NCBI GenBank assembly: GCA_041690595.1
Contig: JAWLHB010000037.1
Span: 1 to 64,000 of the forward strand
From: Lentisphaeria bacterium
GTDB lineage: Bacteria; Verrucomicrobiota; Lentisphaeria; JABSQK01; JAWLHB01
Direction: 5' to 3'
Length of the DNA stretch: 64,000 nt
Part shown: positions 11,863 to 21,596 of the stretch, piece after piece
Position numbering within the stretch: the stretch's first letter is position 1
Layout of the letters: each line of letters begins with the position of its first letter
Position numbers and translations under genes: made by a program
Notes under the pieces: generated by a model
Seen by the model: the letters and a program-made list of their open reading frames with translations, nothing else
What the model was told of the DNA's origin: nothing
The model's database searches: none

Positions 11863-12666
11863 ATGAAAGCTGGAATCTACACCTCCTTCGACAACGCCCT
11901 GCCCATCTCGCGCTCCATTCCCATGATCCGCGAGGCCGGATTCGAGGTCGTCTCGCTCGGCGCCAGGGATTCGGGCTACACCACCCGCGAAGGCAGGCGC
12001 TCGACCGCCTCCCTCCTTCAGCAACATGGCATGACAATCGAGTCCGTGCATGCCCCCTTTCCCGAGGGCGACCGCCTCTTCTCGCCCGATGAAGCCGAGC
12101 GCCTGGAATCGCTCCGCCAGTGCAAGCTCGCCATTGACGCCGCCGCGGAGCTGGATGGCAAGGTGGTCGTCATCCACCTGATCCAGCCCTATGGCATCCC
12201 GCCCGGCGAGCTTCGCGATCGCATGATCGATCAGGGGCGCCGCAGTGTCGAATCCCTGGTTGACTACTGTGCCCATCAGCGTATCAGGCTCGCCCTGGAA
12301 AATGGGCAGCGCCTTGAATACGATGAGGTCCTGATCGACCTGCTGACCGAGTTCAACGACGTGCACGTCGGCTTCTGCTACGACTCCGGCCACGAGAACG
12401 TCCAGGGAACCTGCTTCAACCTTCTCGAACGCTTCGGCCATCGCCTCTTTACCCTGCACATCCACGACAACCATGGCGCCGACACCCACATTCTCCCCTA
12501 TGAAGGGACCATCGACTGGGAACGCTTTCGCGCGGTCATCCACGGTCTCGCCTTCACCGGAAGCATGCTCCTCGAAGTGCATACCGACCATTCCGAGTTC
12601 AAGGATCACGCCCACTTCCTGGCTGAGGCCAGAGCGCGCGCCGGCAGGCTCATTCAGCCCCTTTGA
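11863..12666 (+). CDS. Sugar phosphate isomerase/epimerase (xylose-isomerase-like TIM barrel)
   Basis: SVHAPF, LALEN, CYDSGH, LHIHDN, HILPYEGTIDW, LLE motifs. Confidence 0.88.
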   Translation: MKAGIYTSFDNALPISRSIPMIREAGFEVVSLGARDSGYTTREGRRSTASLLQQHGMTIESVHAPFPEGDRLFSPDEAERLESLRQCKLAIDAAAELDGKVVVIHLIQPYGIPPGELRDRMIDQGRRSVESLVDYCAHQRIRLALENGQRLEYDEVLIDLLTEFNDVHVGFCYDSGHENVQGTCFNLLERFGHRLFTLHIHDNHGADTHILPYEGTIDWERFRAVIHGLAFTGSMLLEVHTDHSEFKDHAHFLAEARARAGRLIQPL

Positions 12667-12686
12667 ACCTTTCTGCCTCGTCGACT

Positions 12687-13718
12687 TCAGCGCACCGGGC
12701 AGAGGTTGTTCAGGAACTGTTCGGTGCACCGTTCCCATGTGAAACCGCGGGCGTGATCACGGCAGGCCCCGCGATTCAGTCTGAGCGCGGCGATCGCGGC
12801 TTCTCGCAAATCGTCCCGCATCACGCCGCTCACCCCCTCCACCAGCACGTCGGCCGGTCCGCGTACAGGAAAGGCGGCGACCGGCAGGCCACAGGCGTTC
12901 GCTTCGATGAGGACCCGGCCGAAGGTGTCGGTGAGGCTGGGAAAGACGAAAACATCGCCGGCCGCAAGGAGACCGGCCAGTTCTTCTCCCCGCTTGCAGC
13001 CGGTGAAGCGTACCCGCGGGTACTCGCGTTCGTATCTGGCCAGCTCCGGTCCATCGCCGATGATCATCTTGCTGCCCGGCAGATCGAGTTTGAGGAAGGC
13101 CTCCAGGTTCTTCTCGACGGCAACGCGGCCCATATAGGTGAAGATGGGGCGCGGGCAGTCGATGTCGATTCGCGCTTCCGGGCGAAAAAGATCGAGGTTG
13201 ACGCCGCGGCTCCAGATCGCCATGTTGCGCAGTCCCTTCTCCTCCAGCTCGTGGATCAGGTTGTCGGTGGCCACCATGGTGGTGTGGGCGGCCCCGTGGA
13301 ACCAGCGCAGAAAGGTATATCCCCAGCTCACCGGGGTCTTGAGACGCAGGTTGACGTACTCGGGGAAACGCGTGTGCAGCGAGGTGCTGAAGGCGAGCTT
13401 GCGCTTCACGCAGTAGCGCCGCGCGGCAAGCCCCAGTGGCCCTTCGGTGCAGATGTGGATGGCGTCCGGCTGGAAGGCGTCCAGGTCCTGGGCAACGCTC
13501 CGGCCGGCGAAGAGCGCGAGACGGATCTCCGGGTAGGTGGGGCAGGGGATCGTGCGGAAGCGGGCAGGCGTGACCGTCAGGACGTCGTGCCCCATCTGGC
13601 GCAGCAGGTCGATGGTGCCCTGGATGGTCACTACCACGCCGTTAACCTGTGGCGACCAGGCGTCCGAGACGAGCGCCAGGCGCAGCTTCTTCTTCGCCTT
13701 GGCGTCGGCCCATCTCAT
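12687..13718 (-). CDS. GT4 glycosyltransferase, Agt-like (diacylglycerol glycosyltransferase candidate)
   Basis: SDAWSPQVNGVV, HICTEGPLG, HTRFPEY, GRVAVEKN, FPSLTDTFG..LIEANACG; exact start uncertain. Confidence 0.85.
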   Translation of the reverse strand: MRWADAKAKKKLRLALVSDAWSPQVNGVVVTIQGTIDLLRQMGHDVLTVTPARFRTIPCPTYPEIRLALFAGRSVAQDLDAFQPDAIHICTEGPLGLAARRYCVKRKLAFSTSLHTRFPEYVNLRLKTPVSWGYTFLRWFHGAAHTTMVATDNLIHELEEKGLRNMAIWSRGVNLDLFRPEARIDIDCPRPIFTYMGRVAVEKNLEAFLKLDLPGSKMIIGDGPELARYEREYPRVRFTGCKRGEELAGLLAAGDVFVFPSLTDTFGRVLIEANACGLPVAAFPVRGPADVLVEGVSGVMRDDLREAAIAALRLNRGACRDHARGFTWERCTEQFLNNLCPVR

Positions 13719-14526
13719 CGAGCCAGTTGATGATGGCGAGAGATCCATCCTCGTACTCGACGAGCGCGGTGCAGCTTTCGACCCAGTCGCCGTCGTTGCA
13801 GTAGGCGATGTCTTCGAATCGGCCGAGCGAGGCGCGGTGGATATGTCCGCAGATAAGGCCATCGAGTTTGCGTTTGCGAGCTTCCCGAGCCACGGCTTGT
13901 TCGAAGTTGTCCATGAACTTGACTGCATTCTTCACCTTGTGTTTGAGGTACGCGGAGAGTGACCAATAGGGGAAGCCGAGACGACGCCGCACGGCATTGA
14001 ACCAGCGATTGACCTTCAGCGAGACTTCATAGGCCGTGCTGCCGATCAGCGCCAGCCAGCGCTGGTGCCTGACGATGCTGTCGAACTCATCGCCATGCAT
14101 GACCAGCATGCGCCGCCCGTCGGCCGTGGTGTGGATGGAGTCGCGGAGTATCTGGATATCGCCGAAGCGCATCCCCGTGAACTCGCGGAAGAGTTCGTCG
14201 TGGTTGCCGGGAATGTAGGTGACGCTGGTGCCGTTCTTCGCTTTGCCCAGCACCGTGCGGATGACGTTGTTGTAGATCTGCGGCCAGTACCAGCCTTTGC
14301 GCAGGCGCCAGCAGTCGACAATGTCGCCGACCAGGTAGAGGTAGTCGGATTCGGTATGTTTGAGGAAATCGTAGAGGATATCCGCCTTGGATTCTGGAAT
14401 GCCCAGATGGGTGTCCGAGATCCAGATGGAGCGGAAGTACTGCTTCTGCCGCGGCGAGGCGAAGCCGATCGCGTCCTCCGCGGTGGGCACTGTGGCGTTT
14501 CGCAGCCGGAGAAAACCCAGCGTCAT
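13642..14526 (-). CDS. Metallophosphoesterase of the LpxH2/PlcP type (phospholipase C candidate)
   Basis: ISDTHLG, LVGDIVD, IPGNHD, MHGD, CGHIH, NDGDWVES; RBS GAGGAG upstream of ATG 14526. Confidence 0.85.
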   Translation of the reverse strand: MTLGFLRLRNATVPTAEDAIGFASPRQKQYFRSIWISDTHLGIPESKADILYDFLKHTESDYLYLVGDIVDCWRLRKGWYWPQIYNNVIRTVLGKAKNGTSVTYIPGNHDELFREFTGMRFGDIQILRDSIHTTADGRRMLVMHGDEFDSIVRHQRWLALIGSTAYEVSLKVNRWFNAVRRRLGFPYWSLSAYLKHKVKNAVKFMDNFEQAVAREARKRKLDGLICGHIHRASLGRFEDIAYCNDGDWVESCTALVEYEDGSLAIINWLDEMGRRQGEEEAAPGARLGRLVATG

Positions 14527-14725
14527 CCTGTTTTGCTCCTCTGAAGTGTTGACATGGCAGCTCGAACACACCATTAATATAGGAATCATCAACAGTCGGC
14601 CGGGCGCTTACCGGCTAGCGTTGGATTAGCTTTCAGCGAAAGTCCGGTAAGGGCATCGATAACAGCATTTTCATGAACTTGGACGGGGCGTCGGTGGCGC
14701 CTCCACTTCACCTCAAGAGGGCAGA

Positions 14726-15898
14726 ATGAGCAAGCGCTTCACCAATGTACAGGTCGTCACCCCCACGCATATTGCACCACTTGACATGCGGGTCGACGAC
14801 GGCGGGCGTATCGTCGCCCTGGTCGCTCCTGGCGCCCCGGCCCTGCCCGGCGAAGAGGTGATCGACTGCGGAGGCGCCCACGCCTTTCCCGGCATGATCG
14901 ACGTGCTCACCCATGGCTACGGCAACTACCTCTACACCGATGTCGAAGAGGGTGGGGTGGCCGCCAACTCCCGCGCCCTGCCCAAGCACGGCGTCACCGC
15001 CTTCGCGCCCTCCGTCGTCTCACACTCCACCGACAAGCTCTTCGATGTCCTGTCGCGGCTGAGCGCCCAGTTGGAAGCACCGGCGGCACGCGTACTCGGC
15101 ATTCACAGCGAGGGACCCTGCATCTCCTCGCCCGGCGCGCACAAGAAGGATTCCCTCGTGGCCCCCAGCGCCAGGCTGGCCGAGCAGATGATCGAAGCGG
15201 CCAACCACCGCCTCGCTTTCGTCACCCTCGCGCCCGAGATGGAAGGTGCCGATGGCTACTGCAAGGTCATGCGTGAGGCCGGCGTGGGCATGCATCTCGG
15301 CCATTCCAATGCCAAGCCCCTCGATGTCGGCCGCTTTCTCGACTATGGCGTCACCGGGGTCACCCACATGTACGATGTCATGTTCCCCGCCACCGTGGTC
15401 GAGGGCGGCGCCTATCCCCTTTCCCTCGCCGATGCGTTGCTCGCGGAAGAGGGGCTCGCCCTTGGGCTGATCTGCGACGGCGTCCACGTACAGCCCGTTC
15501 AGGTGAAGCTCCTCGCCCAGCAGGCCCCGCATCGCCTCTTCCTCGAAACCGATTCCATGAAGTTCACCGGCTTCCCCAGCGGCCGCTTCGAACTGTACGA
15601 AGGCATGTTCGTCACGACCTCCGAAGACAATGCCGCCCGCGGCGAAGAGGGTGGCCTGGCCGGTTCCTGCCTCACCAGCGACCGCGCGTTGCGCAATCTG
15701 ATTACCTTCGCCGGCGTCGATCTGCCCCGCGCCTCCCTCGCCGCCAGCCTCGTCCCTGCCCGCCTGGCCGGACGCGCCGCCGATCTCGGCAGCCTCGAGC
15801 CCGGCAAGCTTGCTGACATTGTCCTGCTCGACGAGTCCATCGAGGTCATCGCCACCTACGTCGCCGGCCGCGAAGTCTACCGCCGCACTACCGCCTAA
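14726..15898 (+). CDS. N-acetylglucosamine-6-phosphate deacetylase-like amidohydrolase (divergent)
   Basis: PGMID..HG, HSEGP, GAH, TLAPE, GHSNA, TH, CDGVHV, TDSM, LAGS, GSLEPGKLAD. Confidence 0.8.
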   Translation: MSKRFTNVQVVTPTHIAPLDMRVDDGGRIVALVAPGAPALPGEEVIDCGGAHAFPGMIDVLTHGYGNYLYTDVEEGGVAANSRALPKHGVTAFAPSVVSHSTDKLFDVLSRLSAQLEAPAARVLGIHSEGPCISSPGAHKKDSLVAPSARLAEQMIEAANHRLAFVTLAPEMEGADGYCKVMREAGVGMHLGHSNAKPLDVGRFLDYGVTGVTHMYDVMFPATVVEGGAYPLSLADALLAEEGLALGLICDGVHVQPVQVKLLAQQAPHRLFLETDSMKFTGFPSGRFELYEGMFVTTSEDNAARGEEGGLAGSCLTSDRALRNLITFAGVDLPRASLAASLVPARLAGRAADLGSLEPGKLADIVLLDESIEVIATYVAGREVYRRTTA

Positions 15899-15911
15899 AG
15901 GGGAACGCGGC

Positions 15912-16181
15912 GACGGAAGCGGGGCGCTGCCCCGAACCCCGCTGGGGAGGCGCACCTCCCCAGACCCCTCATTGCTTCTTGTCGGATGGGAGACGGGGGA
16001 TTAACCACAAAGAACGCAGAGATCGCAAAGATCGAGCGGGGGCCGGAACCGGATAAGAGTGGGGAGGGCAGGGAACCACGGAGTCACGGAGACACGGAGA
16101 GGCGGAGACGGAAGCGGGGCGCTGCCCCGGACCCCGCTGGGGAGGCAGCACCTCCCCAGACCCCTCATTGCTTCTTGTCGG
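15912..16181 (+). repeat. Two near-identical copies of an approximately 75-bp palindrome-rich intergenic element (15912-15985 and 16107-16181)
   Basis: GACGGAAGCGGGGCGCTGCCCCG(A/G)ACCCCGCTGGGGAGGC(A)GCACCTCCCCAGACCCCTCATTGCTTCTTGTCGG; copies differ by one substitution and one indel. Confidence 0.92.
16004..16099 (+). repeat. Two short triple-repeat elements between the 75-bp copies
   Basis: ACCACAAAGAACGCAGAGATCGCAAAG (16004-16030) and ACCACGGAGTCACGGAGACACGGAG (16075-16099). Confidence 0.7.
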
Positions 16182-16229
16182 GGGGAGGACTCCCACATTG
16201 CCGGGCCTGTCGAGGCTGAGCTTGAAGCC

Positions 16230-16256
16230 GCGGTTCGGAGAACCGCTCCCACATTG
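16230..16256 (-). repeat. REP-like palindrome (GTGG-type)
   Basis: Minus strand GTGGGA-GCGGTTC-tcc-GAACCGC; CTCCCACATTG also occurs at 16190-16200. Confidence 0.65.
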
Positions 16257-16404
16257 AGTTCACACAGAGGGCGGCAAGGGCTTGTTGCTGTGATGAAAAA
16301 TGTTCAGGCAACGATTGGCCGAGTTCTTCCACGTTGCAGGAGGTAGCGCGGCAGGTTATATGTACTACTAACATAGCTTATGCTGACCACGAAAGGGAGT
16401 AGAT

Positions 16405-17232
16405 ATGGCAGCGACTGAGAGATTGCCGAGGCGCGTGTTGGCCATCGCCGCGCACCCGGATGATATCGAGTTCGTGATGTCGGGGACACTGGCTCGCCTC
16501 AAGCAGGAGGCCGGCGCCGAGATCCACATGTGGAACCTCTGCACCGGCAACTGCGGTACCGAGGATTATTCGCACGATGAGATTGTGGCCATGCGCGCTC
16601 AGGAAGCGCGGGACTCCGCGGCAGTGCTGGGAGCCATTATCCATGCCCCGGTGGCGGACGATCTGGAGCTGCTCTACGAGGTCTCCCACCTTCGGCGCAT
16701 TGCCGCGGTGGTGCGCGAGGTCAAGCCGACCATCGTGCTGACCCATTCGCCCGCCGACTACATGGAAGATCACATGAATGCCTGTCGGCTGGCGGTGACG
16801 GGATTGTTTTCGCGCGGCATGCGCAACTTCATCTCGGAGCCACCGGTGGAGGCGTGGAATGCACCCGTGGCCCTCTATCACGCCATGCCTCATGGGCTGC
16901 GTGATGGCCTTCGCCGGCTGGTATGGCCCGAACTCTATGTGGAGGTGGGGCAGGTTCTGGAGATCAAGCGCCAGATGCTGCGCCAGCATCGCTCGCAGAA
17001 GGATTGGCTGGACGCTTCCCAGGGCATGGGCTCCTATGTTGCCGAAATGGAGAAGCTGCTCGCCGAAATGGGCCGGATGTCGGGCCATTTCGACTACGCC
17101 GAGGCATGGCGGCGGCACAGCCACCTGGGATTTGCCGCGGAGGCGGCCTTCGACCCGCTGAGCGACTGGCTGGGTGATGGCGTCTATCGCGACCCGCGGA
17201 ACGATAACAAGATTCAGGAAGAAGGAAACTAA
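16405..17232 (+). CDS. PIG-L/LmbE family deacetylase
   Basis: [28 protein letters not shown] motifs; RBS GGGAG. Confidence 0.92.
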   Translation: MAATERLPRRVLAIAAHPDDIEFVMSGTLARLKQEAGAEIHMWNLCTGNCGTEDYSHDEIVAMRAQEARDSAAVLGAIIHAPVADDLELLYEVSHLRRIAAVVREVKPTIVLTHSPADYMEDHMNACRLAVTGLFSRGMRNFISEPPVEAWNAPVALYHAMPHGLRDGLRRLVWPELYVEVGQVLEIKRQMLRQHRSQKDWLDASQGMGSYVAEMEKLLAEMGRMSGHFDYAEAWRRHSHLGFAAEAAFDPLSDWLGDGVYRDPRNDNKIQEEGN

Positions 17233-17236
17233 GAGC

Positions 17237-18166
17237 ATGGCACGAGCAATCAGCAAGATCGCCCCGGAATGGTGGGACTACACGACTCTGGACCAGGAGC
17301 TGCTTGACGATGCGGCGGCGTTGACCGCCGAGCAGATGCTCCAGCTCTCCCGCCCGGGCTTCACCATCAATGTCTACGACAATCTGGCCGAGTTCTACCT
17401 CGCGGAAGCCCTCGAATACATCGACGCCTGGAAGCAATCCACCGCTGACAATCCCGTTGGCATCTGCGGCCCGATCGGCCCGACGGAGCAGCTGCCGCTG
17501 GTGGCCCGCGTCGTCAACAGCCTGGGGCTGAACCTCAAGGACGCGCACTTCTGGGGGATGGATGAGTGGGTGTTGGACGGCAAGCCCGTCGGCATCGATC
17601 ATCCTCTCTCCTTTGCCAAGGCCGATCTGGAGCTCTGCTTCAACCGCATCGACTCCAAGCTTCGTCTGCCCCAGAAGCAGATGCATTTTCCGACTGCCGA
17701 TCTGAGCGGCTACAGCAAGAGCTACGACACGGTTCGCTGCGCCGTCATGCAGGGGGGGCAGGGCGAAGTGAAGCATTGGGCCTTCAACGACCCGCTCAAG
17801 CGCCAGGGTCCCTATCGCGATGAGCCGCCGCCCGTGGCCGAATATCGCCGCCTGCCGACCCGTGTCGTCGATCTGCATCCGATGACGATCATCCAGAATG
17901 CCCGTACCTCGGGTGGCGGCAATCTCTCTCTGGTGCCGCTGAAGGCCGCCACTGTCGGCCCGCTGGAAACCTGGAAGGCGGACAAGGTCTCCATCTGGCA
18001 GGCCGGCAACCACGACAATCCCTTCGGGATGCGCCTGACGACACTGATGATCTCCAAGGGCATCGCCGACTCCTCCGTTCCCATGTCGCTATTGGCTGAG
18101 CATCCCAATGTTCAGTTCAGCTTCTATCGGCCGGGGATCGGCGAAGTCCAGACTGAAATGCATTGA
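17237..18166 (+). CDS. Glucosamine-6-phosphate isomerase/deaminase-like protein (NagB fold)
   Basis: [43 protein letters not shown]; follows the deacetylase directly. Confidence 0.8.
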   Translation: MARAISKIAPEWWDYTTLDQELLDDAAALTAEQMLQLSRPGFTINVYDNLAEFYLAEALEYIDAWKQSTADNPVGICGPIGPTEQLPLVARVVNSLGLNLKDAHFWGMDEWVLDGKPVGIDHPLSFAKADLELCFNRIDSKLRLPQKQMHFPTADLSGYSKSYDTVRCAVMQGGQGEVKHWAFNDPLKRQGPYRDEPPPVAEYRRLPTRVVDLHPMTIIQNARTSGGGNLSLVPLKAATVGPLETWKADKVSIWQAGNHDNPFGMRLTTLMISKGIADSSVPMSLLAEHPNVQFSFYRPGIGEVQTEMH

Positions 18167-18233
18167 TCTCCAGGGTGGGCCGGCGGCTGCATGGTCGCCG
18201 GTCCACCCGACACAACGTAATCAGGACCACATC

Positions 18234-19610
18234 GTGGATTTTCGTTTCATAGGCAGGAAGCTGCATCGGTTCCGCGAGTTCATGATGACCGACATCTGGT
18301 CGGTGGACCTCATGGATGACCTGTCGCGCCGGCGTCGTTCTCTCTATGAGACGCTGCGAGTGGGGCATATTGTCGTTCGCGACTGCCACCGCAATGAGGT
18401 GGGCCTGCAGGCCTCGGCGCTGACCTTCATCACGCTGCTGTCGATGATCCCGATGCTGGCCATGGGCTTTGCCGTGGCCAAGGGGCTGGGGGCGGAGAAG
18501 GCGCTGCAGGATGTCATCGACGTGAGCAAGGACCGGATACCCGTGCAGGTCGCCGAGATGCTCGATTCCGTGCTCGAGCTGGTCGACACCACCAACTTCC
18601 TTGCCTTGGGTATGGTCGGCCTCGTCTTTCTGGTCGGCACCCTGATCCAGGTCATGGGGCGCATCGAATTGTCACTCAACAAGATCTGGGGCGTGCAGGA
18701 AGCACGATCCCTGGTCCGGAAGCTGGCCGATTACATCTTCATCGTGGTCAGCGTGCCCTTGCTCGCGATCGTCGCCTTTGCCTTGAATGGCTGGCTCACC
18801 GGTACCTCGGTCTCGGAGGTGATGATCGGGCCCATCCAGGTCTTGTACAATCTCGGCATGCGAGCCCTCGGCCTGGTCGGCATATCGCTGGCATTCACGC
18901 TGCTCTACATTTTTCTGCCGAACACTCGGGTGAAATGGTTGCCGGGCGTGATCGGGGGCATTGCCGCCGGCTGCATGTGGGTGCTCTGGCAGTGGCTCTG
19001 TATCCGCTTTCAGATCGGCATTGCCAGCTATAACAAGATCTACGGCGCCTTTGCCGCCATTCCGATCTCCCTCTTCTGGCTCAACATCAACTGGGTCATC
19101 ACCCTGCTTGGCGCCGAAATCAGTTTTGCGGTGCAGAATCGGAGCACGTATGCACGGGAGTCCGACATGCGCAACATCTCGATTGTCTCGCGGCGTCACT
19201 TCACCTATCTGGTGACGCTGGATATCTGTCGCTGCTTCATGCGGGGCGAAACTCACTGGAACATGGAGAGCTATCAGAAGCGCTACGGGATGCCGATTCG
19301 CCTGCTGCAGGAGATTCTGCATGATCTGGAGAAGGAGAACGTGGTCGTGCGTGCCGCGGATGGCTCCCATCTCCCCTCGCGGGGCATGAACCTGCTGACT
19401 CTGGATGATGTGGATCGAGCGGTCGAGGGGCGTATCGACAAGCGCACCAGTCGGCTCTGTGAGCGGTCTGGCGCCAACTTTGCAAAAAAACTGCAAGCGC
19501 TGGAAGAGAACCGGCATGGTCAACTCGAAACCCTGACTCTCGAACAGATGGTTGAGGAGATGGACGATGGAAAAGAGTGTCCGGAAGCGGCGCCTGCCCC
19601 GCGCGCATAG
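18234..19610 (+). CDS. YihY/BrkB family inner-membrane protein with C-terminal HTH-like extension
   Basis: ASALTFITLLSMIP, IE..LNKIWGV, YIFLPN, YNKIYGAFAAIP, LGAEIS; start uncertain (GTG 18234). Confidence 0.9.
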   Translation: MDFRFIGRKLHRFREFMMTDIWSVDLMDDLSRRRRSLYETLRVGHIVVRDCHRNEVGLQASALTFITLLSMIPMLAMGFAVAKGLGAEKALQDVIDVSKDRIPVQVAEMLDSVLELVDTTNFLALGMVGLVFLVGTLIQVMGRIELSLNKIWGVQEARSLVRKLADYIFIVVSVPLLAIVAFALNGWLTGTSVSEVMIGPIQVLYNLGMRALGLVGISLAFTLLYIFLPNTRVKWLPGVIGGIAAGCMWVLWQWLCIRFQIGIASYNKIYGAFAAIPISLFWLNINWVITLLGAEISFAVQNRSTYARESDMRNISIVSRRHFTYLVTLDICRCFMRGETHWNMESYQKRYGMPIRLLQEILHDLEKENVVVRAADGSHLPSRGMNLLTLDDVDRAVEGRIDKRTSRLCERSGANFAKKLQALEENRHGQLETLTLEQMVEEMDDGKECPEAAPAPRA

Positions 19611-21207
19611 CCTGGTGCTCCTGATGGTGGCCCTCCTGCTCGCGGGCGCCGAGCGGGTCACCCTTGTGCTCGACAACTCCGTCGAGCTGCCGGCCGCTGG
19701 ATTGAAGCTTCGTCCACTCAAGGACTTTGCCCTCCGGCCCCTTCCGGCAGACGAAACTTTCACGTACGAAAACCGCGCGACTGGCGAGCGAATCGAGGGC
19801 TATAACCCCTTGGCGCTCTGGCGCCGTGACCAACATGAAGCACTCTTCATGGGTGAAGTCGGGCTCCTGCGGATTGCCACGGTTCGCCATGCGCCCCTCG
19901 GTGACCTCCAACCCGATGTCGGCAACCATGTGACGAATGCCGCCTACCAGGCGCATCTGAAGCCGTTCGACGAGGCTAACTGGAAAGACGAGACCTTTAC
20001 GGCCTGGGTGGAAGGCTATTCCGGCATGAAGGTGCGCGATGTCCAATCGGAACTGCGCGGTGTGAATCTGCGGTACCCTTACCGCTTCTACCGATTCGAG
20101 GGCAAGAATCCCAACCAGACGACGGCCTTCCTCCTGAAGCTTCCGGACGGAAACGGAACGCGCTACGTGATGATGCTTTTCCAGATTGTGGAGCACTATG
20201 AGGTACGCAATGCCGCGCGTATCATGGTCAGCTGCGTCGACAGCCTGCGGGCGATGCGGCAGAGCGAGGTCAATCAGGATCCCCATCGTCGCTTTCAGAA
20301 TCGTCCTTCCGGCGATGCCGAGAGCGGCAGGAGCGCTGCATTCGAAGAGACGCGCCAGAAAGTGATCGCCAACATTCGCAACCTGGAGGAGTGGTGGTAC
20401 GTCGAGACCGAGAACTTCGTCATCTGTTCCAATATGAGCCGCGGCAGCCATCGTCTGGTTGACGCCATTCAATCCGACATCGAGATTGTGCGCAAGGCTT
20501 ATGAGGAGCTCCTGCCGCCCGCCAAGCCGATCGACGAGGTGAGCGTCGTGCGCGTCTTTGCCGAGCGCGAGGAGTACCTCGGTTACATTCCCGCTCACAT
20601 GGCCTGGAGCGGGGGCGCCTGGATTCCGATGCGCAAGGAGCTGGTCATCTCGCCATTGGACCTGAACGATCGCTCCCTCAGCCGCGAGCTGCTGCTCGGC
20701 GTCGTCTACCATGAAGCCTTGCACCAGTACGCCCACTATGCCTTCGACCAGCGCCGGCTACCCACCTGGTTCGATGAAGGGCATGCCGCCTTCTTCGAGA
20801 CGGCCGAGGTCGATCGTCGCCGGAAGAGCCTGGAGATTCTGGAAAACAAGCGCTGGGGACCGTATGTCGACGACTTGGTCAAGCGGAATCAGCACAAGTT
20901 CGAGGTCGTGGTTCGTCTCTCTCCGCAAGCCTTTTATGACGAGGGACGCGAAGCTCACTATGCCCTCTCCTGGGCGCTTGTTTACTTCCTGCGCAAGGCG
21001 GCTCCTCTTTATGCTGACCGCGGTTATGCCGAGGCACTCGATGTCGTGGCAACCAGTGTTCGCGCTGGAAAGAGCCCCGACGCTGCCAGCGAGGCTTTCC
21101 TGAAGGCCCTCGACATGCCACGCCTGCAGCAGGATTTTGCCGATTTCTGGGGAAGCAAGACCAAACGCCGTCGGGCCGAACGCCAACCACACACCGTTTC
21201 CCGCTAA
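19567..21207 (+). CDS. Secreted protein with C-terminal gluzincin-like metallopeptidase domain (DUF1570/peptidase MA-like)
   Basis: Signal-like N-terminus; HEALHQY plus PTWFDEGHA and YALSWALVYFL. Confidence 0.7.
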   Translation: MEKSVRKRRLPRAHSLVLLMVALLLAGAERVTLVLDNSVELPAAGLKLRPLKDFALRPLPADETFTYENRATGERIEGYNPLALWRRDQHEALFMGEVGLLRIATVRHAPLGDLQPDVGNHVTNAAYQAHLKPFDEANWKDETFTAWVEGYSGMKVRDVQSELRGVNLRYPYRFYRFEGKNPNQTTAFLLKLPDGNGTRYVMMLFQIVEHYEVRNAARIMVSCVDSLRAMRQSEVNQDPHRRFQNRPSGDAESGRSAAFEETRQKVIANIRNLEEWWYVETENFVICSNMSRGSHRLVDAIQSDIEIVRKAYEELLPPAKPIDEVSVVRVFAEREEYLGYIPAHMAWSGGAWIPMRKELVISPLDLNDRSLSRELLLGVVYHEALHQYAHYAFDQRRLPTWFDEGHAAFFETAEVDRRRKSLEILENKRWGPYVDDLVKRNQHKFEVVVRLSPQAFYDEGREAHYALSWALVYFLRKAAPLYADRGYAEALDVVATSVRAGKSPDAASEAFLKALDMPRLQQDFADFWGSKTKRRRAERQPHTVSR

Positions 21208-21237
21208 GCAATCGCTTGCGAGTTATGGCTGAACCGG

Positions 21238-21267
21238 TTGTCATTCTGGGCTCAGTGGTACTATGTT
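21238..21267 (+). promoter_or_regulatory. Candidate promoter of the Mrp operon
   Basis: TTGTCA (21238-21243) and extended -10 TGgTACTAT (21256-21264) overlapping TATGTT (21262-21267). Confidence 0.4.
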
Positions 21268-21305
21268 CTGTGCCAATCGGGCACATGGCTAACTGAGGAA
21301 CGATA

Positions 21306-21596
21306 GTGGATGACGTAACGATTTTTACCTACAGGGCGGCTTTTGCGATTCTCTCGCTGGCCCTTATCCTGACGCTTCGCCGTCTCCTGTGGGGGCCGAG
21401 CCTGGCCGACCGCGTCGTGGCCCTCGACCTTGTGGCGTATCTGGCCATGGGCTACGCCGCCATTCATGCGCTCTCCACCGGCGAGTACGGTTTTCTCTCC
21501 ATTGCGTTGGTGATCGGCATCTTTGTCTTTCTGGGGACGATCGCTTTTGCGCGCTATCTGGAGCGTGCCACCAAGAAAGGGAAACTCGCCGAATGA
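21306..21596 (+). CDS. mrpF: Na+/H+ antiporter subunit F
   Basis: GPSLADRVVALD, FLGTIAFARYL; RBS GAGGA. Confidence 0.93.
   Translation: MDDVTIFTYRAAFAILSLALILTLRRLLWGPSLADRVVALDLVAYLAMGYAAIHALSTGEYGFLSIALVIGIFVFLGTIAFARYLERATKKGKLAE

Noticed and set aside
14527..14725. Pho box or riboswitch upstream of the PlcP-like gene (CTTACCGG/CCGGTAAG inverted repeat at 14607-14651)
   Set aside because: Only isolated half-sites without 11-nt periodicity; no recognisable aptamer
15912..16181. Possible CRISPR array
   Set aside because: Only two 75-bp copies with a ~120-bp spacer, wrong size for CRISPR, and no cas genes
15969..16374. Short ORFs across the repeat region
   Set aside because: They are translations of the repeat elements, with no RBS or coding signature
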